Source: an uncultured delta proteobacterium
Lineage (GTDB): Bacteria; Desulfobacterota; RBG-13-43-22
NCBI GenBank assembly: GCA_963802945.1
Contig: CAWDKY010000015.1
Location: 344,919 to 408,918, forward strand
Length of the DNA stretch: 64,000 nucleotides
Direction of reading: 5' to 3'
The translations under genes were made by a program, and so were the position numbers. Positions 1 to 9,674 of the stretch are shown piece after piece; positions within the stretch are counted from its first letter, which is position 1; each line of letters starts with the position of its first letter. The notes under the pieces were generated by a model. That model was not told where the DNA came from and did no database searches. It was given only the letters and a program-made list of their open reading frames with translations.

Positions 1-2039
1 GGCTGCTCAAAGGCCTGTCGTAAAGTGTCTTCGTTGAAATAGTGGGTGGGAGAATTCAAACGATGAGCCAGGTCTTCCCATTCTTCGTCAGCGAGTTCCT
101 CGCCCCGGAAGATCTTCTCCACGGTGGGATCGGTCCGCCTGAATTCGACGACCTTCTTTTCCCATTCTTCACGATAGGTTTTCCGGTCTATGGCCAATCC
201 TTCGGGGCCAACCAGAATGATTTCGCGGGCACGGATTTCATCCTCTAGTGATCCTTCGGCGAGTAATAAAAATTCACGGGAGCCGCCTTCGGGATATTTG
301 GTTAAAGGTTGGGCTTGTTGTGCATCACCTTCTACAATTTCGCCTGTTTCGGTTGTCCTGGAACCTGGAGCGGCACCGACCAGTTTTGGCTTTTGATAAG
401 CCTCACCAGGATCGTTGAAGCGCTTGGAGTTGCCGACAAAATCATAAATGATAAATTCATTCTTCCCGATCTTGGGACAAAGGCGGCTGCCACGGCCTCG
501 CATCTGAGCGTATTTGATCGGCGACAGAGTGGGGCGCAACATGATCAGATTTTCAATGTCTTTCTGGTCATAACCGGTATCCAGCATGTCCACCGATACG
601 GCGATCAGAGGGAGCGGATCATACTTGAATTCATCGATTACCGGTTTGGGATTGCCGTTATTGGTATAGCAGGTAATTTTTTTAGCAAAATCCTGCCGGA
701 CCTGGGCTGGGGAACGGTTGATTTGTCCGGCAATGCGCAGACAATCCTCATCAGTTAATAATCGGTTGAACAAACGGGCCAGGACTGAGGCCTGTTTCTC
801 AGAGACGGAAAAGACGACGGTTTTGCGTGGACGTTCCCGGATACGCTCGGAATCTGCCGAATAATACTCTTGAAGGATGGTTATCAATCGGTCTTCGGAT
901 TCCACATCACGTCCCCAGGCACCGGGTTTGATCTCTTCGCCTTCCCACTCCGCGCCTTCATAGGTCAAAACACTTTCAGCATGATAAATTCGGTATTTGC
1001 TCAGATAACCTTCATTAATCCCTTTCTGGATGCCATATTCAAAGGTAGGACGGCCTTCCTTCCTGACGGCATCCCAACAGTCGAAAAAGATATAGGTATT
1101 ACGAACCAGACGGCGTTCATGTTCACTGATGTACTGTAGTTCTCCGGGATTCGGCGTAGCGGTCAAGCCGATGTGGATGGCATCGAAATGTCCAAGAGTA
1201 GTTCGGTGTGTATTATAAATAGAACGGTGGCATTCGTCAGTTACGACGAGATCAAAGTAACCATGTCCAAAACCGTTAGCACCGAGTTGGGAAGCAATGG
1301 TGTCGAGAGTGCCGACAACAATCTGACCTTCGAGGCTATGCTTTCCCCCATAGAGAATGACGGTAGGCCAGTCGGAAAGGTATTCATCGAAAGTCTCTTT
1401 GGCTTGTTTGGCCAGTTCGATGCGGTCAACCAGGAAAAGGACACGCGAGATGATGGCCGCCTGAAACCAACGCTTCATGAGCATGGCGATGGTCAGGGTC
1501 TTTCCGGTTCCGGTGGCCATTTCAAAAAGCATACGCCTGCGACCGGCAATCAAGGCCTCATCGGCTTTTTGTAAACAGTTAATCTGGTAGGGACGGGCCT
1601 CAATTTCTTCCCCCTTGAAACTAAACCGATGAGGAAATGGCAGGAGTTCAAGACATTGCTTAATATCACCCTTGCGATGCAGTTTAATATTCGCCCTTCG
1701 CTCCAGGTCGGCCTGACCCGGGAAACCCATAATCGGGCGAGCGTCGCCGTCCGCATAATCCCAGAAATAATGATCTTGCCCATTGCTGAGGATGACGAAG
1801 GGAGCGGAGAGCGATTGCGCATAATCACGTGCCTGTTCCTTGGCCGAGTATGGATCGATGGAAAAACGCTTTGCTTCAATGACAGCCAGAGGCCGCGTAC
1901 GAGAATCCCTCAGAAGGTAGTCTGCGCGGCCATCGGCGGATGGTTCTTCCGTAGATACCTGAGCTTTGTTGGTGATCTTCCAGGAGGCGGCCTCCAGTAG
2001 CTTGTCAATCACCATTCTGGCATCGGCTTCAGTAGGCAT
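1..2039 (-). CDS. hsdR: Type I restriction enzyme R subunit-like nuclease-helicase (HsdR family); 5' end complete, 3' end runs off the window
   Basis: The reverse-strand frame is uninterrupted from ATG at 2039 to the window edge. It is missing from the ORF track because there is no stop inside the window. My translation starts MPTEADARMVIDKLLEAASW. It shows an N-terminal nuclease-like ADYLL...IEAKR, helicase motif I MATGTGKT, motif II VVTDECHRS, motif III GLTATP and motif VI QMRGRGSR. The + strand track ORFs at 42-2000 are short shadow ORFs. Confidence 0.8.
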   Translation of the reverse strand, partial: MPTEADARMVIDKLLEAASWKITNKAQVSTEEPSADGRADYLLRDSRTRPLAVIEAKRFSIDPYSAKEQARDYAQSLSAPFVILSNGQDHYFWDYADGDARPIMGFPGQADLERRANIKLHRKGDIKQCLELLPFPHRFSFKGEEIEARPYQINCLQKADEALIAGRRRMLFEMATGTGKTLTIAMLMKRWFQAAIISRVLFLVDRIELAKQAKETFDEYLSDWPTVILYGGKHSLEGQIVVGTLDTIASQLGANGFGHGYFDLVVTDECHRSIYNTHRTTLGHFDAIHIGLTATPNPGELQYISEHERRLVRNTYIFFDCWDAVRKEGRPTFEYGIQKGINEGYLSKYRIYHAESVLTYEGAEWEGEEIKPGAWGRDVESEDRLITILQEYYSADSERIRERPRKTVVFSVSEKQASVLARLFNRLLTDEDCLRIAGQINRSPAQVRQDFAKKITCYTNNGNPKPVIDEFKYDPLPLIAVSVDMLDTGYDQKDIENLIMLRPTLSPIKYAQMRGRGSRLCPKIGKNEFIIYDFVGNSKRFNDPGEAYQKPKLVGAAPGSRTTETGEIVEGDAQQAQPLTKYPEGGSREFLLLAEGSLEDEIRAREIILVGPEGLAIDRKTYREEWEKKVVEFRRTDPTVEKIFRGEELADEEWEDLAHRLNSPTHYFNEDTLRQAFEQ

Positions 2040-2562
2040 CGGTATTTTTAGCTTTCCTTGATGTTAAATGACCTGGAGATTAGGTTGAAGGAATCGTGGT
2101 CATGGGGTCGCATCTTAAATGTACACATTTCTTAATCTGTGAACTTGATGTTGATTCTGAATCAAATTATTTTCTACCCTTGTCCGATTGTTATTGATTT
2201 AATCCAAATATTCTACTCCCTTTTATCACACACCCCAAACAAAAACCCCATCTCCTATTAGAAAAAATGGGGGCTTGTCGGACTGCTTTATGTAAGGCCT
2301 TTCAAGGTGGGATGTTGTCGGAATCCGGAAGAATTATACCAACCTCTTGAAAAATAATCAAATTGTTCTATTATCCAGAATAAAGTCTAGGATGGAGAAA
2401 AGAGCAGATGGATAAATGGATAAATGGAGGGCAAGAGAGATTGAATTAAAAACACTCCCTGATGACCAATGGAAATGGGGTTGCAAAAGATTTTTTTACT
2501 TGATATGAAAGAAAACGAATAATGAATTCAATCTGAAAAGTTTCAGAAAAGGAGGATATGGG

Positions 2563-3147
2563 ATGCAGATACTGGCTTTCAACGGGAGCCCGCGTAAAAA
2601 CGGAAATACCTCGACCATCATCGAGGCCATGCTGAAAGGGGCAAGATCAGCCGGTGCGAAAACCACCGAGATTCGATTGCACGACATCAATCTGAAAGGA
2701 TGTCAAGGATGTCTGTCCTGCCGCAGGAGACCGGGAAAATGCAAGCAACGGGACGACCTGAGTCCTTATCTGGAAGCGATCAAGACCTGTGACGGGGCTA
2801 TCTTCGGCACGCCGATCTATATGTATCACGTGACCGGTCAAATGAAGATCTTTATTGATCGATGTTATTCTTTATACATCAGCAGTCCTGAGGGAACAGG
2901 CTATCTTTCCGCCGTACCGGCGGGAAAGACCTTCGCTCTGGTGACCTCTCAAGGACATCCTGATGTAGAGCGCTTTCAAAGACCCATCCGCTGGCTGGCC
3001 GCCATGACCGGCACCGGTCTGGGGATGGAGGAAGTCGGCAGGATCATTCAGGGGGATAGCCATGTGACACCTGCCAAAATGGATAAGGCTCTTCTCGAAA
3101 AGGCTTTTAAAATCGGACAGAAGCTGGTGAAAAGGGATAAAACTTGA
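2563..3147 (+). CDS. Flavodoxin-like NAD(P)H-dependent FMN reductase / iron-sulfur flavoprotein family
   Basis: 194 aa. The N-terminus ILAFNGSPRKNGNTS is typical of this fold. A CQGCLSC cysteine cluster is present, and there is an AAGGAGG-like RBS upstream. Confidence 0.7.
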   Translation: MQILAFNGSPRKNGNTSTIIEAMLKGARSAGAKTTEIRLHDINLKGCQGCLSCRRRPGKCKQRDDLSPYLEAIKTCDGAIFGTPIYMYHVTGQMKIFIDRCYSLYISSPEGTGYLSAVPAGKTFALVTSQGHPDVERFQRPIRWLAAMTGTGLGMEEVGRIIQGDSHVTPAKMDKALLEKAFKIGQKLVKRDKT

Positions 3148-3186
3148 GATGGACTCACTTAAATAACATTTTTGGGTACTTTCCAG

Positions 3187-3513
3187 TTACCAAAACTGTA
3201 TTTGAGATATTCCTTCGGTTTCCCTGATGTGCCGTCGCACATCTTCTCTGATCTCCGGGTCCATAACGGGCTCGACCAGGGATATGAATCTTCCTTCCGT
3301 ATCCTTGGAGCTTTTCCAGGTTACGACCGATCCGGGGACCAAGGCGTAACGAAACCTTCCACTACCGCAGCAGGCGGATTCCGCCGCCCCTTCCCCCAGG
3401 AGAAAGAGGATCCGTCTTCCATCCTGCTCGATGGTTTCCTCCTTATAAAGGGTGTACCATCCTGCGATGTTTCTAAATTCTTCATTGAGTGCATGAACAA
3501 ACGGCCTACTCAT
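3187..3513 (-). CDS. Hypothetical protein
   Basis: 108-aa ORF with AAGGGG about 7 nt upstream of the ATG. I prefer it over the overlapping + strand ORF 3172-3537, which has low-complexity composition. I recognise no family. Confidence 0.4.
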   Translation of the reverse strand: MSRPFVHALNEEFRNIAGWYTLYKEETIEQDGRRILFLLGEGAAESACCGSGRFRYALVPGSVVTWKSSKDTEGRFISLVEPVMDPEIREDVRRHIRETEGISQIQFW

Positions 3514-3697
3514 GAGATTTCCCCTTTAATTCGATGATTCAAGGGCTCGAGGGGCCAAGAGTTCAAGTGAAAAGCGAAAATTTTAAAACCGCTTTTCCCC
3601 CTGGACCCCTCGAATCATCCGCTCATTTTCTCTTCACAAACAGGCTACCTTAAAGAAGGGGGCTCGCCAACTCCGAACTACACACTCTGAACTTGAA

Positions 3698-4906
3698 TTA
3701 GGCCCCCTCTAAGCCGACAATACCTACAAAAATAGCACATCCATCAGGGGCCCCGCCAAGATTATGGGTCAAACCCAGTTTCGGGTTTTTTAGTTGTCTT
3801 GAAGGGAATCCCGGATTAAGCAGTTCATCGGCCCGGCCCTGAAGCTGGAGATACATCTCATAGATCATCCGCAGCCCGCTGGCCCCGATGGGATGGCCGA
3901 AGCATTTCAGTCCGCCGTCAACCTGAACGGGAAGTTTGCCGTCCAGGTCAAAGAAACCGCTTTCAATGTCATCCCTGACCTTTCCTCGGGGACTGAATCT
4001 CAGATCTTCCATGGTCACGGCTTCGGTGATGGAAAAACAGTCGTGAACCTCGGCCATACTGATCTCTTCACGTGGATTTTTGATCCCGGCCTCTTGATAG
4101 GCCTTTTCTCCGGCCCGGACAGTGGCTTCAACGTGAAGGAAGTCAAAATTCTGGTTAAAATTCCCATCCCTGGGGGCCATGGCAATCTGAAGGGCCTTGA
4201 CGAATACCGGATCTTTCTTCCTGGCCTTGGCGATTTCAGGCGTCGTTATAATAGCCGCGGCACAGCCGTCACTGACCCCGCAACAATCAAACAGGCCCAG
4301 TGGCCAGGAAACCATGGGGGCATTGATAATCTGGTCCATAGTCACATTCCCCTGGAAGTGGGCATTCTTATTCCTCATACCGTTCTGATGACTCTTCCAG
4401 GAAACCCTGCCGATCATGTGTTTCCCCTCATCATAGGTCAAGCCATATTTGGCGAAATAAGTGGTGGCCAGCATGGCAAAAGATCTCGGAGGCGTGGATT
4501 CGGCGAGCATGGAATGGCTGGGACCAGGTGTTCCTCCATCACCCAGACCGCTGATCCCGCTGTCTTTGAACTTATCTACCCCGATGGCCAATACCATGTC
4601 ATAAATCCCGGCCGCCACGGAATAACAGGCATTCCGAAAGGCGTCCGAGGCGGTGGCACAGGCGTTTTCAACCCGCGTCACCGGAATATATTGGAGCCTC
4701 AATGGTTCTGAGATAGTCATTCCCGTTTGGCCAGTGGCCGTCCCAACCCAGGCGGCTTGAACCTCTTCAGGCCCAATCCCGGCATCATTAAAGGCCTGAT
4801 AAGCGGCATCAACGATCAGGTCTGCCGCACCGGCATCCCAACGTTCGCCAAACCTGGTACATCCCATTCCCAGGATGGCTACCCTGTTTCTAATACTTCC
4901 TGGCAT
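3698..4906 (-). CDS. SCP-x / archaeal-type thiolase (acetyl-CoA C-acyltransferase family)
   Basis: 402 aa. The N-terminus is RVAILGMGCTRFGERW, ENACATASDAF surrounds the nucleophilic Cys, and the C-terminus has GHPIGASG. It lies directly downstream of the HMGCS-like gene. Confidence 0.85.
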   Translation of the reverse strand: MPGSIRNRVAILGMGCTRFGERWDAGAADLIVDAAYQAFNDAGIGPEEVQAAWVGTATGQTGMTISEPLRLQYIPVTRVENACATASDAFRNACYSVAAGIYDMVLAIGVDKFKDSGISGLGDGGTPGPSHSMLAESTPPRSFAMLATTYFAKYGLTYDEGKHMIGRVSWKSHQNGMRNKNAHFQGNVTMDQIINAPMVSWPLGLFDCCGVSDGCAAAIITTPEIAKARKKDPVFVKALQIAMAPRDGNFNQNFDFLHVEATVRAGEKAYQEAGIKNPREEISMAEVHDCFSITEAVTMEDLRFSPRGKVRDDIESGFFDLDGKLPVQVDGGLKCFGHPIGASGLRMIYEMYLQLQGRADELLNPGFPSRQLKNPKLGLTHNLGGAPDGCAIFVGIVGLEGA

Positions 4907-4929
4907 GTTATACCTCCTTTAAACTCAAT

Positions 4930-6366
4930 TTAGTCCCTTACTGGTTTACATTTCCAAAAATAGGTATGGGCTCCGAGTGTGTGTCGCAATTGTCTGAAGG
5001 TCATCTCGACGCGCATACCCACTTGACATTCATCCGGTTCACGGTCAACCATAAGAAATTGACCCCGTCCCCCTCCATCAAAATCGACGACCGCGGCCGT
5101 GGCCGGAGGATCGATTCCGCCGGCTAAAAAGTCGTGGCTGAAGCTTCTGACCGTTCCCGCCTTGTCGGCAAATCGATAAGGTTCAAAATCATCCCTGGCC
5201 TGGCATTGGAGGCAGATATGGGCCCGTGTGGAACTCTGGCTGAGATACAACTGCGGAGTCCCGCATTTTTTGCACTTCACCCCATAGAGCGGCAGGGCCG
5301 TTTCATGTTCCCTCCATTGGGCCGACATGGAGGCTGCAGCTGCAGGGGGTCTGGCCGCAGGCGCCAGGGAGATCATTTCCCTCCACCTCAGGTATCGGCC
5401 GTAGCTGTTCAGTATTTTTTTGATTTCCAGGTGTTTCTTGATGCCTCTGCGATTTTTGATATTCTTAATCTCTTCCGTCACCCGGAGCAGAATCGCTGCA
5501 CTTCCGTTGCCATAACTCACCAGTAGAATCCGGTCCCCGGGCTTGGCCACCTCCAGGGCCGCTACCAGGATCATCAGCGGAAGGGCCGTGCCGGTATCCC
5601 CCACAGTTCCCAGCAAGGGATCCTGGATCTGTTCTGGTTTAAAGCCCATCTGTTTGCCTAATGTGGCCTGAACTCTGGCGTTGGCGCCATAAAGACAGAC
5701 CTTGGCGATATCTCCTTTGGCCACGTTGCTTTTTTTCAGTAAACCTTCAACGGCTTCCTTCGGGATTTTCAGATAACCCTGCTCACGTCCGAATCGATCC
5801 TCCCAATGACGGACGAATTTATCATCGCTGTCCCGCCAGTAATCGCTCAAATCATCGGATAAGGTATAGGAATCTTCGACTTCAACCGCGACCTTATCCT
5901 TTCCAAAAAGCAAGGCGGCACTCCCGTCGCCAAAGGCCATTTCATCCCCACCGGCCGCACCGCCCAAACGCATATCCGCGGCTGTGACTAATACCTTATT
6001 CAATGAACCCGCTTTAACGGCATCCAGGGCAGATAGCATGGCGGTTGTCCCGGCCCGGAGGCAGTTGCTAAAGTCCGCATTGCGAGATGCTCTCGGAAGA
6101 TCAAGGGCACTCGCGACGATGTTCGCGCATTGTCGTTCTCGATAAGGTGAACAGGTTGTTGCCATGAACAGGGCATTGACGGTTTTAGGATCAATGCCTT
6201 TCAGGCAGTCCAGGCCGGCGGCGACCGACATGGTTACCGGATCCTCGTCGGATCCTGCGACTGCCTTCTCCCCGCGTCCCCCGGGCTGACCCCACATCTG
6301 CCCGATGACACTTTGAGGCAACCTATAATATGGAATGTATGCGCCGAATGATACAATACCTGCCAT
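4930..6366 (-). CDS. HMG-CoA synthase-like condensing enzyme fused to a C-terminal DUF35 (zinc-ribbon + OB-fold) domain
   Basis: The N-terminus MAGIVSFGAYIPYYRLP resembles archaeal HMGCS. The C-terminal ~130 aa carry CKKCG...CLQC and a (D)FDGGGR...VGMRVE OB-like segment. I moved the start to ATG at 6366 because the track start at 6381 overlaps the AAGGAGG RBS. Confidence 0.8.
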   Translation of the reverse strand: MAGIVSFGAYIPYYRLPQSVIGQMWGQPGGRGEKAVAGSDEDPVTMSVAAGLDCLKGIDPKTVNALFMATTCSPYRERQCANIVASALDLPRASRNADFSNCLRAGTTAMLSALDAVKAGSLNKVLVTAADMRLGGAAGGDEMAFGDGSAALLFGKDKVAVEVEDSYTLSDDLSDYWRDSDDKFVRHWEDRFGREQGYLKIPKEAVEGLLKKSNVAKGDIAKVCLYGANARVQATLGKQMGFKPEQIQDPLLGTVGDTGTALPLMILVAALEVAKPGDRILLVSYGNGSAAILLRVTEEIKNIKNRRGIKKHLEIKKILNSYGRYLRWREMISLAPAARPPAAAASMSAQWREHETALPLYGVKCKKCGTPQLYLSQSSTRAHICLQCQARDDFEPYRFADKAGTVRSFSHDFLAGGIDPPATAAVVDFDGGGRGQFLMVDREPDECQVGMRVEMTFRQLRHTLGAHTYFWKCKPVRD

Positions 6367-6761
6367 TTTTCCTCCTTTCAAATCTTCTGTGTTTTTTCTC
6401 TTATTTTGTTGCTTAAAAGACCCCTAAGTAATCAGGTCTTTTCCCCATTGTCCTTTGAAGTCAGGACATATATCTCTTCCCATCTCGTGAGATGTTAAAA
6501 CAAATTTATTTGGGTAAAACTATAATTATTTATAATTTAAACTAAAAAGGCCGTCAAGGAAAAATAAAGGGGGAAAAGAAGAAACAACTTACGGTCGAAA
6601 ACAGGGCATTCTGTGGGGTGGTTTCATTTGAGGCTCCCTGCACCAAAGTGTTATCATACAAGGCAAATAGCTACCTATTTGAATTTGCTTGCCAATACAG
6701 TAAAAAGCTAAACGTGATTGCCATGCAGTCAAATTAACGAGGATGATTTAGATAATCAAAC

Positions 6762-6793
6762 AAAAAGAGGGCTTTGAAAATGGCCCTCTTTTT
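6762..6793 (-). terminator. Intrinsic terminator hairpin downstream of the thiolase operon
   Basis: AAAAAGAGGGC-9 nt-GCCCTCTTTTT forms a perfect 11-bp stem with a T-run on the minus-sense RNA. It lies 18 nt past the stop at 6811. Confidence 0.6.
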
Positions 6794-6810
6794 GTTTGGT
6801 ATCGTAAAAG

Positions 6811-8106
6811 TTAATTAAGTGCTTCTATAATAGTTGTAGCTCCTTGACCTCCTCCGATGCACTGTGTGGCCAATCCATAACGCTTACCGCTGCGCCGGAG
6901 TTCCTTGGCCACTGTGAAAACGAGCCGATTGCCTGTCGCGCCGATCGGGTGTCCGATACCGAGAGATCCGCCGTTGACGTTCACCTTGTCCTCAGAGATG
7001 CCGAGTTCCTTCAATGTGCCAATAACCTGACAGGCGAAGGCCTCATTGAATTCAATCCGATCGATCTGATCAATCGTCAGTCCGGCATGCTTAAGTGCTT
7101 TTTTGGTTGATACGACCGGCCCCATGCCCATGATCTGCTGCTTGACCCCACCGTTTCCCCAACCGATGATCCGGGCCAGAGGTTCTAATCGCATTTTAAT
7201 GGCCATCTCTTCACTCATGATCAGACTGGCCGTGGCACCATAATTGGTCGGGCAGGAATTTCCGGCCGTGATCCTGAGCTCCTGACCGCCGTAACTGACA
7301 ATATCCTTGACCGGTGGCAACTTAGCCAAAGAGGCCACGTTCGTCTCCGGTCGCAGGCATTCATCGCGGTCAAAGAGGATCATCTTTCCATGGGCATCTT
7401 CCACCCATTGTTTTTTGTCATCAAATACCGGTTCTTCGATTTCCAAAGGTATGACCTCGTCCTTATAGACGCCCTTGCCATAAGCGGCAGCCAGCTTTTT
7501 ATGGCTCCTTTCGGAAAAGGCATCTATCTCCTGCCTGGTCATGTTATACATCTCAACCACATTCTGGGCAGTCTGGACCATCGAAGCGTTTGGAGGGGAA
7601 TCAAGGAGAAAATCAGGTATGGGCGTAGAAAAATATTCAAAATGGTCATGGGCCATATCCCGCTGGACCTTATTTTTCTCCAAGGTTCTTGGGTTGAAGT
7701 TGCCCACCCGTGTCGTATTCTCCGAGAAACCACGCGGACCGAACTGGCGTTCAACACCAAAAGAGATACCGCATTCATATTGACCTAAGGCGATGGCCAT
7801 GGCAATCCGCAACAGGGCCTCCATGCTGGAGGCGCAGTGCCGGTCGGTATAGAAGTTGGTCACTTCATAGGGGAGGCCGGCCAGACGGGAGATATTGTTC
7901 AGCATTGAAAGATCCTGGGCCCTGCGCCCGTTGCCGATCCCGAATTCAGCGATCATGGTCGGTTTAACTTTAGGATTCCGGGCCAATAAGGCCTGGACAA
8001 TCTTGGCCCCCAATTCATCCATACGCGTTGCTTCCAACTTTCCTTTGCCGCCGCGGGAAAAGGCCGACCGGCATCCATCAACAATGACTACATTCCTTGC
8101 GTTCAT
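6811..8106 (-). CDS. Thiolase (acetyl-CoA C-acyltransferase), paralog 1
   Basis: 431 aa with DRHCASSMEAL (active Cys), NEAFACQV, GGSLGIGHPIGATG and CIGGGQG motifs. An AAAGGTG RBS is present. Confidence 0.9.
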   Translation of the reverse strand: MNARNVVIVDGCRSAFSRGGKGKLEATRMDELGAKIVQALLARNPKVKPTMIAEFGIGNGRRAQDLSMLNNISRLAGLPYEVTNFYTDRHCASSMEALLRIAMAIALGQYECGISFGVERQFGPRGFSENTTRVGNFNPRTLEKNKVQRDMAHDHFEYFSTPIPDFLLDSPPNASMVQTAQNVVEMYNMTRQEIDAFSERSHKKLAAAYGKGVYKDEVIPLEIEEPVFDDKKQWVEDAHGKMILFDRDECLRPETNVASLAKLPPVKDIVSYGGQELRITAGNSCPTNYGATASLIMSEEMAIKMRLEPLARIIGWGNGGVKQQIMGMGPVVSTKKALKHAGLTIDQIDRIEFNEAFACQVIGTLKELGISEDKVNVNGGSLGIGHPIGATGNRLVFTVAKELRRSGKRYGLATQCIGGGQGATTIIEALN

Positions 8107-8177
8107 TTGTTCACCTTTCTTTTATTTAAAAGAAGAGCCTTTATCAAAGTCCTTCTCAATTAACATTCACTGATTGT

Positions 8178-9482
8178 TTAGTTAAGGGCCTCCAAAATGG
8201 TTGTGGCTCCTTGCCCTCCGCCGATACATTGGGTGGCTACGCCGTAACGCTTACCGCTGCGCCGGAGTTCTTTGGCTACGGTGAGCACAAGACGGCAACC
8301 TGTGGCTCCAATCGGGTGCCCGATACCCAGAGAGCCGCCGTTGACATTCACCTTTTCCTCCGGGATACCAAGCTCTCTCAAGGTGATGATAACCTGGCAG
8401 GCAAAGGCTTCATTAAATTCAATCCGGTCGATCTGATCAAGCGTAATACCGGCGTGTTTGATGGCCTTCTTGGTTGAGACGATGGGACCTATTCCCATGA
8501 TCTGCTGTTTGACCCCGCCGTTCCCCCAGCCGATGATCCGGGCCAGCGGTTCCAGTTTCATCTTAAGGGCCATTTCTTCACTCATCAATAAAGCGGCTGA
8601 AGCCCCGGAATTGGTCGGGCAGGAATTGCCGGCTGTGATCCTAAGCTCCTGATTGCCATAACTGACGATACCCTTGACCGGACCCAATTTAGCCAGACCT
8701 TCCATGGAGCAATCCGGACGCACGCATTCATCGCGGTCGAAGAGGACCTTTGGACCATATTCGTTCTCTACCCATTGACGTTTATCATCAAACACAGGTT
8801 GTTCTATCTCCACCGGAATGATTTCATCCTTATAAATACCTTTTTCATAAGCCGCAGTCAGCTTTTTATGGCTTCGAACAGCAAAGGCATCCAATTCTTC
8901 CCTGGTCATGTCATACATTTCAACCACGTTCTGGGCAGTCTGGACCATGGAGGCATTGGGTGGAGAATCCAGGATAAAATCTGGTATAGGTCTTGAAAAA
9001 TATTCAAAATGGTCGTGGGCCAGATTCCGTTGGATTTCGTTCTTCTCCAATGTCCTGGGGTTAAAATCGCTGACCCGCGTCGTTACCGGAGCAGCACGGC
9101 CGCCAAGGAGTTCTCGAGTCATACGCTCTACGCCGAAGGCGATGCCGCAGTCATACTGGCCGAGGATGATGGCCATGGCAATGCGCAGCAGGGCTTCCAT
9201 GCTCGAAGCACAATGCCTGTCCGAGTAAAAATTAGTTACTTCGTAGGGCAGGCCGGCCAAACGGGAAATATTATTCAGGGCTGAAAGATCCGCGGCCCTG
9301 GCGCCGTTACCGATCCCGAATTCGGCAATCATGGTCGGTTTGACCTTGGGATTCCGTTCCAGCAGTGCCCGGACCACCGTTGCCCCGATTTCATCCATGC
9401 GAGTCGCCTCGAACTTCCCCACGCCGCCGCGGGAAAAAGCCGATCGACATCCATCTACAATTACTACATTTCTTGCTTTCAT
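8178..9482 (-). CDS. Thiolase (acetyl-CoA C-acyltransferase), paralog 2
   Basis: It has the same motifs as 6811-8106 and is roughly four-fifths identical to it by eye. I trimmed the track ORF (to 9578) to MKARNVVIVDG at 9482, which aligns with the paralog start and has a GAGAGGTGA RBS. Confidence 0.9.
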   Translation of the reverse strand: MKARNVVIVDGCRSAFSRGGVGKFEATRMDEIGATVVRALLERNPKVKPTMIAEFGIGNGARAADLSALNNISRLAGLPYEVTNFYSDRHCASSMEALLRIAMAIILGQYDCGIAFGVERMTRELLGGRAAPVTTRVSDFNPRTLEKNEIQRNLAHDHFEYFSRPIPDFILDSPPNASMVQTAQNVVEMYDMTREELDAFAVRSHKKLTAAYEKGIYKDEIIPVEIEQPVFDDKRQWVENEYGPKVLFDRDECVRPDCSMEGLAKLGPVKGIVSYGNQELRITAGNSCPTNSGASAALLMSEEMALKMKLEPLARIIGWGNGGVKQQIMGIGPIVSTKKAIKHAGITLDQIDRIEFNEAFACQVIITLRELGIPEEKVNVNGGSLGIGHPIGATGCRLVLTVAKELRRSGKRYGVATQCIGGGQGATTILEALN

Positions 9483-9674
9483 TAAGTCACCTCTCATTTT
9501 TTTTAAATTATCCCTTTGACAGAGAATTGAAAAAATTATTGGAAATAGCACAGACAACCGTATTATAATTTTTGTCAACTGTTATATTAAAGTTGGATTT
9601 CCGATGTCAAGGGGAAAAAAAGAGGCTGCCTTAAACCAACAGGAAAAATTGACTCGACGTTCAATAGAATGGCT

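Noticed and set aside
2380-2440. The short direct repeat GGATAAATGGATAAATGG in the long AT-rich hsdR/flavodoxin intergenic region as a regulatory iteron.
   Set aside because: There are only two adjacent 9-nt units with no further copies or nearby regulator, which is too little to support a call.
3541-3697. Scattered GGTTCAAG/CTCGAGGGG-type low-complexity intergenic motifs (also at 13331-13430 and 16070-16170) as a repeat family.
   Set aside because: The similarity is limited to short words without alignable boundaries. I could not define a consistent unit by eye.
3893-4711. Long antisense or shadow ORFs inside strong genes: 3893-4711 +, 5134-5526 +, 18291-18938 -, 21439-22056 -, 26724-27269 +, 32295-33032 +, 54235-55113 +, 48869-49459 + and others.
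   Set aside because: Each lies fully within a gene that has clear family motifs on the other strand or frame. Their products are R/G/P/H-rich low-complexity sequences typical of GC-biased non-coding frames.
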